The notes under the pieces are model-generated. The model had not been told where the DNA came from. It was given only the letters and a program-made list of their open reading frames with translations, and did not search any database. A stretch of 64,000 nucleotides of DNA from an uncultured Candidatus Nemicrothrix sp. (GTDB taxonomy: Bacteria; Actinomycetota; Acidimicrobiia; Acidimicrobiales; Aldehydirespiratoraceae), in assembly GCA_964344055.1 (NCBI GenBank), contig CAYFLT010000014.1:2632-66631 (forward strand), given 5' to 3'. The position numbers and the translations under genes were made by a program. Positions 50,335-59,605 of the stretch are shown here, one piece after another (position 1 is the stretch's first letter; each line of letters begins with the position of its first letter).

Positions 50335-50378
50335 GTTCACCCAGAGTTCAGCCACGGCGAGGGAACGGTTCACCCAGG
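50335..50378 (+). promoter_or_regulatory. PHO-box-like array: 11-nt direct repeat units GTTCACCCAGA / GTTCAGCCACG / (GCGAGGGAACG) / GTTCACCCAGG upstream of pstS
   Basis: GTTCAYC units in 11-nt register, 41-84 nt before the ATG at 50419. Same core as the array at 53488-53549. Confidence 0.65.
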
Positions 50379-50418
50379 GCGCCCTTGGTTGTCAACCCCG
50401 CTCCGTAGCTTGCCGGTC

Positions 50419-51525
50419 ATGCACACCAACACCTTGGGTCGGGCCCGCTGGCTCCTCGCCCTCCTCATCCTCCTTTCCCTGCTCGCCTCGTCGTGCGGCG
50501 ACGATTCCGAGACCGAGACGAGCTCGGGTGACGACACCTCGAGTGGCGACTCCGGCGGCTCCACCGGTGGCGAGCTCGAAGGCGACTTCCTCGTCTCGGG
50601 TTCCTCCACCGTCTATCCCATCGTCTTGAAGCAGGCCGAGGAATTCGCTGCCGCGAACTCCGGCGTGGCCATCGCCGTCGAGGGCCCGGGCTCAGGTGAT
50701 GGCGCCCAGAAGTTCTGCAACGGCGAGGTGCCGATCGCGAACGCGTCGCGGGTGTACAAGGACGAGGAGATCGAGATCTGTGAGGCGGACGGGATCGAGT
50801 TCATCGAGATCCGCCGGGGGATCGACGGGATCTCGGTGATCACCTCACCCGAGAACGACGCCCTCGAGTGCGTCTCGTTCAACGAGATCTACTCGGTCGT
50901 CTCCGAGGAGGCGACCAACTTCGAGGACTGGTCGGACGCGAATGCGCTCCTCGCCGACATGGGCAGCACGAGCTCGTTTGCCGACGGACTCACGCTCGAT
51001 GTGTTCGGTCCGGGAGAGGAGAGCGGGACCTACGACTCGTTCGGCGAGATCGTCATCGAGTCGGTTGCCAAAGGCAAGACCGGGCTCGACTCCGAGGCGC
51101 GAGAGTTCACCAAGACGATCCGCCCGGACTACACGTCGAGTCCCGACGACAACATCATCGTGGAGGGGATCTCATCGAGTCAGTACAGCATCGGCTGGGT
51201 GGGCTTCGCCTACGCCAAGGAGGCCGAGGCGGCCGGCGAGGTGCAGCTGCTGGCTGTCACGAAGGAGGACGGTGGCGAATGCGTCACGCCGAGCCCGGGG
51301 ACGATCGCCGATGCGTCGTTCCCGATCGCCCGGTTCCTCTACACCTACGTCAACGCCGATGCGGCGGCCAACGATCCTGCGGTGGCGGCGTTCGTCGACT
51401 ACATGATGTCCGACACCGGACTCGAGTCGGTCACCGCCGTCGGCTACATCGACCTCGCCGACGCCGACCAGCAGCTCGCCCAGGCCATCTGGGCGAACCG
51501 GACCACCGGCCGCAGCTGGGGCTGA
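50419..51525 (+). CDS. pstS: Phosphate ABC transporter substrate-binding lipoprotein PstS
   Basis: Lipobox LLASSC after a signal peptide. GSSTVYPI and GPGSGDGAQKF motifs. Confidence 0.9.
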   Translation: MHTNTLGRARWLLALLILLSLLASSCGDDSETETSSGDDTSSGDSGGSTGGELEGDFLVSGSSTVYPIVLKQAEEFAAANSGVAIAVEGPGSGDGAQKFCNGEVPIANASRVYKDEEIEICEADGIEFIEIRRGIDGISVITSPENDALECVSFNEIYSVVSEEATNFEDWSDANALLADMGSTSSFADGLTLDVFGPGEESGTYDSFGEIVIESVAKGKTGLDSEAREFTKTIRPDYTSSPDDNIIVEGISSSQYSIGWVGFAYAKEAEAAGEVQLLAVTKEDGGECVTPSPGTIADASFPIARFLYTYVNADAAANDPAVAAFVDYMMSDTGLESVTAVGYIDLADADQQLAQAIWANRTTGRSWG

Positions 51526-51611
51526 GTGATGGCCCCTGCCGACCCCCCAGGATCGAAACTGGGGTACGTAGGGCAGAAAGATTGACCCCCTGGTACCCCA
51601 ATTTCGGAGAA

Positions 51612-52286
51612 TCAGTCGTCGTCGATGTCGGTGGCGCCGCCGTCGAGGTAGTCCTGGCTCTGGAGTGGCTCGGTGGCGGTGCTGACGACGCCCAGAACGT
51701 TGGCGACGATGCGCTTCCAGTACCGGTAGAGAATGGCGCGGGGGACGACCTCGCGGCCGGGTGCGTCGGAGTGCATGTAGCTCCTCACCCGTTCCTCGAG
51801 CTCGAGACGCAGCGCGTCGGTCCGCTCTCGAAAGTCGTCCACCCGCTCGTCGTCGTGGTCGGACAGCAACTCGCCGGCCTCGCCCATCATCCCGCTGATG
51901 GTCTGGCGGTAGGCGACGAGTTCGTCCATGTCCGCGGCGCCGCTCAGGTCGACGCCCTCCTCGGCGAGTCCGAGGATGTTCTTCGCCTGGTCACCGATGC
52001 GCTCGATCTTCTTGATGAGCAGGGTGGTGCCGAGCACCACGCCGATGTCGTCGGCCCCCTGCACGGCGACGTGGACGACCAGCTCGCCCCGGAGGTCCTG
52101 CTCGGCCTGGTTGATGCGCTCGTCGGTGGCGTGGATGTCGTCCGCGACCTGCTCGTGGTCGGCACCGCTCAGCACGGTGGTGGACGCGAGGTCGAAGCTG
52201 TGGCGGGCGTCGGCGAGCATCGAGATCGTGCGGGCCGAGATCTGATCGAGGCCGCTCTCACCCTTGCGGAAGAAGCTCATGACCAT
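51612..52286 (-). CDS. PhoU-domain protein (Na/Pi-cotransporter accessory type)
   Basis: ...LLIKKIERIGDQAKNI... PhoU-like helices. Immediately downstream of the Na/Pi symporter gene on the same strand. Confidence 0.7.
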   Translation of the reverse strand: MVMSFFRKGESGLDQISARTISMLADARHSFDLASTTVLSGADHEQVADDIHATDERINQAEQDLRGELVVHVAVQGADDIGVVLGTTLLIKKIERIGDQAKNILGLAEEGVDLSGAADMDELVAYRQTISGMMGEAGELLSDHDDERVDDFRERTDALRLELEERVRSYMHSDAPGREVVPRAILYRYWKRIVANVLGVVSTATEPLQSQDYLDGGATDIDDD

Positions 52287-52313
52287 GGAAGTGATCCTTT
52301 CGACGATCGATGC

Positions 52314-53453
52314 TCAGCGGAAGACCGCCACCCCGAGCAGGGGGACGATGATGAACAAGGTCACCACATATGCCACTGCCGCGGAGTGACGGGTGACGGC
52401 GAGCTCGGCGAGCCGTTCGGCCAGCTTGATCGGGACGTCGCGTATCGCGGGCAGCGGATAGAGCAGGACGATGGCGGTGACATTGAAGATGGTGTGGACC
52501 AGCCCGATGGTGAGCGCGTCGCTCTTGCCGGACGCGAGCGCCGCCAACAGAGCCGTGATAGTGGTGCCGACGTTGGCGCCGAGCGTCACCGGGTAGATGT
52601 TGCGGAGGGTGACGACGCCGGCGGCGGCGAGCGGCACCATGATCGACGTGGTGATGCTCGACGACTGCACCGAGACGGTGATGATGAGGCCGAGCAGCAT
52701 GGCGACGGTGCCCCCACCGGTGCCGAGCACCGCGTTCAGGGACCGCTCGACCCGGTCGGCCACCAACTGCCGCATGTTCTTGGTGATGAAGGTGAGGGCG
52801 AGCAGGACGATCACCAGCCCGGTGACCACCATGAGGGTGCCGAGCACGTTCACGCTGGCGCCGAGGTCGCTGTAGATGTCCTTGACCCAACCGACCGGTT
52901 CTTTCACCCACTGCTTGATCGGGCTCTTCCACTCGCTGCCCGACGATCCGCCGAGCATCTCGGTCACCGACTCGGCGGCGCTGGAGAGTGCCCCGGTGAT
53001 GAGCTCCACCGGCAACAGGATGAGGACCGCCAAGAGGTTGAAGAAGTCGTGGACGGTGGCGGCCGCGAAGGCGCGCTTGAACTCGTCGGACTGGCGGATC
53101 GAACCCAGCGACACGAGGGTGTTGGTGACCGTCGTGCCGATGTTGGCGCCCATGATCATCGGCACGGCGTCGTTGACCCCGAGTGCGCCAGAGGCGACGA
53201 GGCCCACGATGACCGACGTCGACGCCGACGACGACTGGACGAGCACCGTGCCGAGGATGCCGACGAAGAGACCGGCGAGCGGATGGGTGACGCCCTCGAA
53301 TAGCTGCTCCTGGGTGTCGGCCCCCATGACCTTGATGCCCGACTCGAGCAACGACACGCCGACGAGGAAGACGTAGATCAGGCAGAAGACGAGGACGGCG
53401 CGAACGGGGGTCGGCATCTGCCGGGGGTCGGCGGCGACGGTTCCGTGGGCCAT
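52314..53453 (-). CDS. Na+/phosphate cotransporter family protein (NptA-like)
   Basis: Duplicated ...GANIGTT.T / GANVGTT.T Na_Pi_cotrans repeats; polytopic. Confidence 0.85.
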   Translation of the reverse strand: MAHGTVAADPRQMPTPVRAVLVFCLIYVFLVGVSLLESGIKVMGADTQEQLFEGVTHPLAGLFVGILGTVLVQSSSASTSVIVGLVASGALGVNDAVPMIMGANIGTTVTNTLVSLGSIRQSDEFKRAFAAATVHDFFNLLAVLILLPVELITGALSSAAESVTEMLGGSSGSEWKSPIKQWVKEPVGWVKDIYSDLGASVNVLGTLMVVTGLVIVLLALTFITKNMRQLVADRVERSLNAVLGTGGGTVAMLLGLIITVSVQSSSITTSIMVPLAAAGVVTLRNIYPVTLGANVGTTITALLAALASGKSDALTIGLVHTIFNVTAIVLLYPLPAIRDVPIKLAERLAELAVTRHSAAVAYVVTLFIIVPLLGVAVFR

Positions 53454-53487
53454 GCGGGCCGCAAGGTAGCACGCGCGTATCCCTCGA

Positions 53488-53549
53488 GTTCACCCGGCGT
53501 TCACCTGTTCACCTGGAGTTCACCCGGCCCAAGTAGCTGTTCACCCGGA
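53488..53549. promoter_or_regulatory. PHO-box array: five GTTCACC(C/T)G units (53488, 53499, 53507, 53518, 53539) in the divergent Na/Pi - pstS promoter region
   Basis: Read directly: GTTCACCCGGC GTTCACCTGTTCACCTGGA GTTCACCCGGC ...N10... GTTCACCCGGA. Confidence 0.75.
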
Positions 53550-53589
53550 GGCGGATTCCGGGTCATGCGGGGTCCGTAACGTTCTGTCC

Positions 53590-54735
53590 GTGAATGCCTT
53601 CCTCCCCCCGAGTCGGAGCGACCGCGTACGAAGCGTGGTCGCTCTGCTCGGGCTTCTCGCCGTCTTCGCGGTGGTGGCCACTGTGGTCGACCGTCTCGAC
53701 GAGGAGCCGGTCACCGTCGTGCAGTCCGCGTCGGCCGACGGCGGGGCCGACGATGGTGGTCCCGAACCCGTCGACGTCCCGTCGGACCAACTCACCGGCG
53801 ACTACCTCGTCTCGGGCTCGTCGACCGTCTACCCGATCGTCTTGAGGCAGGCCGAGGCCTTCCAGGAGATCGCCCCGGGCGTCGCGATCGCGGTGGAGGG
53901 GCCCGGGTCGGGTGATGGCGCCCAGAAGTTCTGCAACGGCGAGGTGCCGATCGCGAACGCGTCCCGGGTCTACAAGGACGAGGAGATCGAGATCTGCGAG
54001 GCGAACGGGATCGAGTACATCGAGATCCGGCGCGGGATCGACGGGATCTCGGTGATCACCTCACCGGAGAACGACGCCATCGAGTGCGTGTCGTTCAACG
54101 ACCTCTACGCCCTCATGTCGCAGGAGGCGACCGGCTTCGAACGGTGGTCCGATGCCAACACCCTCACGTCGGCGTGGGGCGGCACGGCACTGCCCGATGT
54201 CGACCTCGACGTGTTCGGTCCGGGGGAGGAGTCCGGCACCTACGACTCGTTCGGCGAGATCGTGATCGAGTCGGTCGCCAAGGGCAAGACCGGGCTCGAT
54301 GTCGACTCGCGCGAGTTCACCAGGGAGCTTCGCCCCGACTACACGTCGAGCCCCGACGACAACATCATCCTCGAGGGCATCGGGGCGTCGCGGCACTCAC
54401 TCGGCTGGGTGGGGTACGCATTCGCGAGCGAAGCGGCCGAGGCCGGACGGGCCAAGTTGCTCTCGGTTTCGTTCGAGGACGATGGCCCGTGCGTCACCCC
54501 CACGCCCGAGACGATCGCGGCCGCCGACTTCCCCATCGCCCGGTTCCTCTACACCTACGTGAGCGCCGACGCGGCGGAGAACGATCCGTCGGTCGCCGCG
54601 TTCGTCGACTACATGCTCTCCGAGGAAGGGCTCCAGGCGGTGAGCGCGGTGGGTTACATCGATCTCGCTCCGCCCGATCGGATTCGGGCCGAGTCCCTCT
54701 GGGTCAACCGGGTGACCGGCCCGGCTTGGGAGTGA
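53590..54735 (+). CDS. pstS: Phosphate ABC transporter substrate-binding protein PstS (paralog, TM-anchored not lipoprotein)
   Basis: N-terminal hydrophobic anchor VVALLGLLAVFAVVATVV with no lipobox. The rest is highly similar to the 50419 copy, including 53-nt, 32-nt and 26-nt runs of DNA identity. Confidence 0.9.
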   Translation: MNAFLPPSRSDRVRSVVALLGLLAVFAVVATVVDRLDEEPVTVVQSASADGGADDGGPEPVDVPSDQLTGDYLVSGSSTVYPIVLRQAEAFQEIAPGVAIAVEGPGSGDGAQKFCNGEVPIANASRVYKDEEIEICEANGIEYIEIRRGIDGISVITSPENDAIECVSFNDLYALMSQEATGFERWSDANTLTSAWGGTALPDVDLDVFGPGEESGTYDSFGEIVIESVAKGKTGLDVDSREFTRELRPDYTSSPDDNIILEGIGASRHSLGWVGYAFASEAAEAGRAKLLSVSFEDDGPCVTPTPETIAAADFPIARFLYTYVSADAAENDPSVAAFVDYMLSEEGLQAVSAVGYIDLAPPDRIRAESLWVNRVTGPAWE

Positions 54736-54739
54736 TGCG

Positions 54740-56152
54740 GTGAGTGCCGCCGTCGAGCGCGACCTCCCTCGCCTGAGCGCCCGCACGATCGGTGCGCTGC
54801 TCGAACCGACGCTGTACGTCGTGGTCCTCTCGGTCGTTGCGGTGGTCGAGTACTTCGTGCGGGGACCGATCGGCGGATTCGGTCCGTCGAACTACTGGAT
54901 CGCGTTCGTGATCCTCGCCGCATGGAACGCCTGGATGTGGCCGGCGGGACACACCCTCACCGGCGCCTTCACCGAGGTACACATCGCCCGCCTCGACGGC
55001 TCTCCCGCCGCTCCGCTGACGATCATGGTCCGCGAGCTGACCCGATTCGGGCTCGTGTGGGGTATCGGCATCCTCGCGTTCGGGGCGGACCTCCGCGTCG
55101 TCCTCGTGGTGGCGGCGGTGTGCGGCATCCTCATCTGGCGAACCCCCGGTCAGCGGGCCCCCTGGGACCTGGTGGCCGACACGTTGGTGGTCGCCCAGAT
55201 CGACGACGGCACCCGGATCGACCTCTCCCCGGTCACCGAGGCCGCCGACCTGACCCTCGGTGCCGATCGCACCCGGCAGAACAACCGAGCCCGGCAGGTG
55301 GTTTTCGGTCTCGGACTGTCGTCGGTCGTGGTCAGCATCCTGATCGTCTGGAACATCTTCAGCGAGGCCGTCGAGTTCGTGGGTGCCTCGGAGTTCACGT
55401 GGGGCTCGCTCACCGAGATCGGCTGGTTCCCCCGCCAGGGGCGCTTCGACCTCTCGACCCTCTTCGTCGGGACCCTGTGGGTGACCGGGATCGCCGTCGT
55501 GGTCGCCGGACCGGTCGGTCTCGGGGTGGCGTTCTACCTCTCGGAGTACGCCTCACCGGGCGTGCGTCGCTACGTGAAGCCCCTGATCGAAACGCTGGCC
55601 AGCATCCCTTCGGTGGTGCTCGGGCTCTTCGCCATCAGCTTCGTGGCGCCGACCGTCCTCCAGCCACTCGACGACAGCATCGGGATCTTCTCCCTGCTCG
55701 CGGCCGGCGTCGGCGTCGGCATCCTCACCGTCCCGATCGTCGCCTCCATCTCCGAGGATGCGATGCGAGCGGTGCCGATGGAGCTGCGCGAGGCGAGCTA
55801 CGGGCTCGGGGGCCGCAAGGTCACCACGGCGTTGCGGGTTGTTTTCCCCGCGGCACTCTCGGGCATCTCGGCGGCGTTCATCGTCGCCATTTCGCGGGCC
55901 ATCGGCGAGACGATGGTGGTCTACATCGCCGCCGGCGGTTCGGGCGGGGCCATCTTCGAACTCGACCCCCGGGAGCCCGGACAGACAATCACCGCGGCGA
56001 TGGCATCGATCGGGGCCGGAACCGACAATGTCGCGGGGGTCGGGATCGCCTTCCAGAGCCTCTATTTCCTCGGGGCACTGCTGTTCATCGTGACGATGCT
56101 CCTCAACATCCTCTCGGACGCGATCGTCCGCCGATTCCGGCAGGTCTACTAG
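54740..56152 (+). CDS. pstC: Phosphate ABC transporter permease PstC with ~170-aa N-terminal RDD-family membrane domain
   Basis: N-terminus: R..GALLE...GHTLTGAFTEVHIARLDG...RAPWDLVADTLVV (RDD pattern). C-terminus: canonical PstC (...EASYGLGG.K..T...V..PAA..GI...). Confidence 0.85.
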   Translation: MSAAVERDLPRLSARTIGALLEPTLYVVVLSVVAVVEYFVRGPIGGFGPSNYWIAFVILAAWNAWMWPAGHTLTGAFTEVHIARLDGSPAAPLTIMVRELTRFGLVWGIGILAFGADLRVVLVVAAVCGILIWRTPGQRAPWDLVADTLVVAQIDDGTRIDLSPVTEAADLTLGADRTRQNNRARQVVFGLGLSSVVVSILIVWNIFSEAVEFVGASEFTWGSLTEIGWFPRQGRFDLSTLFVGTLWVTGIAVVVAGPVGLGVAFYLSEYASPGVRRYVKPLIETLASIPSVVLGLFAISFVAPTVLQPLDDSIGIFSLLAAGVGVGILTVPIVASISEDAMRAVPMELREASYGLGGRKVTTALRVVFPAALSGISAAFIVAISRAIGETMVVYIAAGGSGGAIFELDPREPGQTITAAMASIGAGTDNVAGVGIAFQSLYFLGALLFIVTMLLNILSDAIVRRFRQVY

Positions 56153-56260
56153 TGCCTCTGACTCGCCTCCACCGTCCTGGTGTCGACTCGTGTGTCGGGC
56201 TGCTCCTGGCGGAGCGACGCCCGCCCTCGGTGGCACTCTCGTGCGAAGGAGCGGCCATCC

Positions 56261-57202
56261 ATGGCCGCCGCGGGAAGGGGTGACATGCATCAACGGGTGA
56301 CCGTCGACCTCGCGCAGCTCCAGAAGCGCCGGGGGGCCGATGTCCGGGGCCAGCTCTTCCTCGGGCTGATCCTGATCGCCGTGGTGCTCGCCTTCGCCAT
56401 GGTCGGTGCGGTCGTGTGGGACGTCGTCGACGAAGCGTGGGGGATCGTGTCGACCGACCTCTGGGGCTTCATCACCTCCAAGTCGTCGTCGCAGGCCGAG
56501 AGGGCAGGGGTCATCCAGGGCGTCCAGGGCAGCGTCGTCATCGCCGCCATCGTGGCGGCGACCTTCCCCATCGGGGTCGGTGCGGCGATCTACCTGGAGG
56601 AGTACGCCGAGGACACGCTGGTCACCCGCCTCATCCAGGTCACCGTACGCAACCTCGCCGGCGTCCCGTCCATCGTCTACGGCCTGCTGGGGCTCGCGGT
56701 GTTCGTGCAGTCCCTCGGTGGCCTCACCGGAGGATCGAGCGTGATCTCGGCCGGCCTCACGTTGGCGGTGCTGGTCCTTCCGGTGGTGATCATCACGGCC
56801 GCGGAGGCGATCCGGGCGGTTCCCGCCTCACTGCGGGACGGCGCGTACGGGCTGGGCGCCACCCAGTGGGAGGTCATCCACACCCAGGTGATCCCGGCTG
56901 CCATGCCCGGGATCCTGACCGGCACGGTGCTGGCGATCGCTCGGGCGCTCGGCGAGGCCGCGCCGCTGCTGGTGATCGGTGCGGTCGGGTTCTACACGAC
57001 CGGCAACAACGACTTCGTCGAGCAGCTGCTGGGTGCATTCACGGCCCTCCCGATGAACATCGCCAACTTCGCTCGACTGCCCGCCGACACCTGGCGGGGG
57101 CACGCGGCTGCCGCGAGCCTCGTGCTTCTCGTCCTGGTCTTCGCGATCAACCTGGTGGCGATCGTGGCCCGGGCCCGGATCTCCAAGCGGCTCGGACGTT
57201 GA
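56261..57202 (+). CDS. pstA: Phosphate ABC transporter permease PstA
   Basis: ...[26 protein letters not shown]... AAGGAG RBS 9 nt before the ATG at 56261 (alternatives 56180 and 56285). Confidence 0.88.
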   Translation: MAAAGRGDMHQRVTVDLAQLQKRRGADVRGQLFLGLILIAVVLAFAMVGAVVWDVVDEAWGIVSTDLWGFITSKSSSQAERAGVIQGVQGSVVIAAIVAATFPIGVGAAIYLEEYAEDTLVTRLIQVTVRNLAGVPSIVYGLLGLAVFVQSLGGLTGGSSVISAGLTLAVLVLPVVIITAAEAIRAVPASLRDGAYGLGATQWEVIHTQVIPAAMPGILTGTVLAIARALGEAAPLLVIGAVGFYTTGNNDFVEQLLGAFTALPMNIANFARLPADTWRGHAAAASLVLLVLVFAINLVAIVARARISKRLGR

Positions 57203-57213
57203 CAGGAACGACT

Positions 57214-58107
57214 ATGCCCGGAACGACCACGACAGGACCGTCGATGACAGAATCCGAGATGCGAACCATCGCGAAACCCACGAACCAGGGAGGCACCGAC
57301 CTCGTGGAACGCGAACCGCTCGAAGAGGGCCGGGAGGTCTTCACCGTCGAGGGACTGAACGTCTACTACGCCGACTTCCGCGCCGTGGCCGACGTCGACC
57401 TCACCGTCCGCGAGCGCGAGATCACCGCCTTCATCGGCCCCTCCGGGTGCGGAAAGTCCACGGTGCTTCGTTGCTTCAACCGGATGAACGACCTGATCGA
57501 CATCGCGAGGGTCGAAGGCTCGGTCCGCTACCACGGGGTCGACCTCTACGACCCCGCCGTCGATCCTGTCGCGGTACGGCGCCGGATCGGCATGGTGTTC
57601 CAGAAGCCCAACCCGTTCCCGAAGTCGATCTTCGACAATGTCGCCTACGGGCCGCGGGTGGCCGGGATGAAGGGCAACCTCGACGAAGTCGTCGAGCGAT
57701 CCCTCCGCAGCGCCGGTCTCTGGGACGAGGTCAAGGACCGACTCGACGCCTCCGCGCTCGGCATGTCCGGCGGTCAACAGCAGCGACTCTGCATCGCGCG
57801 TGCGATCGCGGTCAATCCCGACGTGCTGCTGATGGACGAGCCCTGCTCGGCTCTCGACCCGATCGCCACCGGTCGGATCGAGGAGCTCATGAAGGAGATC
57901 CAGAGCCAGTACACGATCGTGATCGTGACGCACAACATGCAACAGGCCGCCCGCGTCAGTGACCGCACCGCCTTCTTCACCGCCGAGCTGGACGAGGGGA
58001 CCGGACAGCGGCGGGGCAAGCTGGTGGAGTTCGACGAGACCGGCACGATCTTCTCCAACCCGGCCGACGAGCGCACCGAGGCCTATGTCACGGGACGGTT
58101 CGGCTGA
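57214..58107 (+). CDS. pstB: Phosphate ABC transporter ATP-binding protein PstB
   Basis: [35 protein letters not shown], ...YVTGRFG. Confidence 0.95.
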   Translation: MPGTTTTGPSMTESEMRTIAKPTNQGGTDLVEREPLEEGREVFTVEGLNVYYADFRAVADVDLTVREREITAFIGPSGCGKSTVLRCFNRMNDLIDIARVEGSVRYHGVDLYDPAVDPVAVRRRIGMVFQKPNPFPKSIFDNVAYGPRVAGMKGNLDEVVERSLRSAGLWDEVKDRLDASALGMSGGQQQRLCIARAIAVNPDVLLMDEPCSALDPIATGRIEELMKEIQSQYTIVIVTHNMQQAARVSDRTAFFTAELDEGTGQRRGKLVEFDETGTIFSNPADERTEAYVTGRFG

Positions 58108-58165
58108 TGGCGGCGTACCGTCCTGACCGGGTGGGTCGGGCCGACCGGTGCGGAAGGAGCAGCCC

Positions 58166-59605
58166 GTGAACGAGATCCGGAGCCAGCTCGACGAGCGGCT
58201 ACACCTCATCGGGCGGAACCTGCTCGAGATGACCGAGATGGTCGCCGACCGAGTGGGCAAGGTGACCTCCGCGATGATCGAGGGCGACATAGCGCTCGCC
58301 GATTCTCTCATCGCCGACGACGACGACATCGACCTGCTCTCACTGCAGGTGGAGGAGGGCTGCGTCGACACCCTCGTGCGTGAGCAGCCGGTTGCGTCGG
58401 ATCTCCGTTTCGTGGTTGCGGCGCTGCACATGAACAGCGACATCGAGCGCAGCGGCGATCTGGTCGCCAACATCGCAAAGGCAGTGGGTCGCCTCCAGGG
58501 GGCGCACCTCGATGACCACGTGCGCGACCTCATCGTGCACATGTCCGCCCAGGCGGTCGAGCTGTTCCGGCGAGCCGGCGAGGCGTTCCAGACCCGCGAC
58601 GCCGAACTGGCCGAGTCGATCGACGAACTCGACGACGTGCTCGACGATCTCCACGTCCGCTACATCCAGGAGGTCATCCAGGACGCGCGGCGGAGTTCGC
58701 TCGATCCCCAGCAATCCCTTCAACTCGCCCTCGTCGGTCGCTTCTACGAGCGAATCGGCGATCATGCGGAGAACATGGGCGAACGGGTCCGCTACATCGT
58801 CGATGGTTGGCTCCCCGAAGCGCACGCAGTCGAGCGGGCGAAGGCTCGCGCCGAGTCACCGGAACCGCGGCCCACTCGCGGGCTCGCCGTGATCGACGCC
58901 GTCGCCGAGGAACGCCGCATCGATGCGATCCGTCGCGACTTCGTGGCCAACGTCTCGCACGAGCTGAAGACGCCGGTCGGCGCGATGAGCCTCCTGGCCG
59001 AGACCATCGCCACCGAGGACGACAGCGCCGGTCGGGAGCGTCTGTCGGAGATGCTGCAGCAGGAAGCCAGGCGGGTCGAGGACATCATCGACGACCTCCT
59101 CGAGCTCACCCGGCTCGAAGAGACCGAGACCGACCGGAGCGAGTTGCTGGTCGGCGATGTCGTCCGACGGGCCGTCGAGAAGGTGCAGGCCTTCGCCGAC
59201 GGTCACCGCGTCGAGATCGCGATGGTCGGCCTCCAGAGTCCCGCAAAGGTGGTGGGCGAGGAGCGGCAGCTCGTCCGGGCGTTGACGAACCTGCTCGACA
59301 ACGCAGTGCGGTACTCAGACCCGGATTCCCGAGTCACCGTGGCGGTCGAAGAACGCGACGACAAGATTGCCGTGTGCGTCAGCGACGAAGGCGTGGGTAT
59401 CCCACGAGCCGAGCTCGAACGGGTCTTCGAGCGCTTCTATCGGGTCGACCGCGCCCGCAGCCGCGAAACGGGTGGCACCGGTCTCGGACTCTCCATCGTT
59501 CGGCACGTCGCGACGAACCACGGCGGAAGGGTGTTCCTCGAATCGAAACCCGGTGAGGGTTCGACGTTCACGGTCGAGCTCCCCATGGCAGGGATCGACG
59601 GATGA
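58166..59605 (+). CDS. PhoU domain fused to SenX3/PhoR-type histidine kinase (no TM segments, no complete PAS domain)
   Basis: Residues ~1-225 form a two-repeat PhoU (...DDDDIDLL..., ...VGRFYERIGDHAENMGERV...). Then ...RRDFVANVSHELKTPVGAM (H-box), LLDNAVRYS (N), DEGVGIP (G1), GGTGLGLSIV (G2). AAGGAG sits 6 nt before the GTG at 58166. Confidence 0.85.
   Translation: MNEIRSQLDERLHLIGRNLLEMTEMVADRVGKVTSAMIEGDIALADSLIADDDDIDLLSLQVEEGCVDTLVREQPVASDLRFVVAALHMNSDIERSGDLVANIAKAVGRLQGAHLDDHVRDLIVHMSAQAVELFRRAGEAFQTRDAELAESIDELDDVLDDLHVRYIQEVIQDARRSSLDPQQSLQLALVGRFYERIGDHAENMGERVRYIVDGWLPEAHAVERAKARAESPEPRPTRGLAVIDAVAEERRIDAIRRDFVANVSHELKTPVGAMSLLAETIATEDDSAGRERLSEMLQQEARRVEDIIDDLLELTRLEETETDRSELLVGDVVRRAVEKVQAFADGHRVEIAMVGLQSPAKVVGEERQLVRALTNLLDNAVRYSDPDSRVTVAVEERDDKIAVCVSDEGVGIPRAELERVFERFYRVDRARSRETGGTGLGLSIVRHVATNHGGRVFLESKPGEGSTFTVELPMAGIDG

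Noticed and set aside
50868-53303. 811-aa plus-strand ORF spanning the pstS end, the PhoU-domain gene and the Na/Pi symporter gene
   Set aside because: It is antisense to a clear polytopic Na/Pi cotransporter and a PhoU-domain protein. Its composition is dominated by R/G/D/H.
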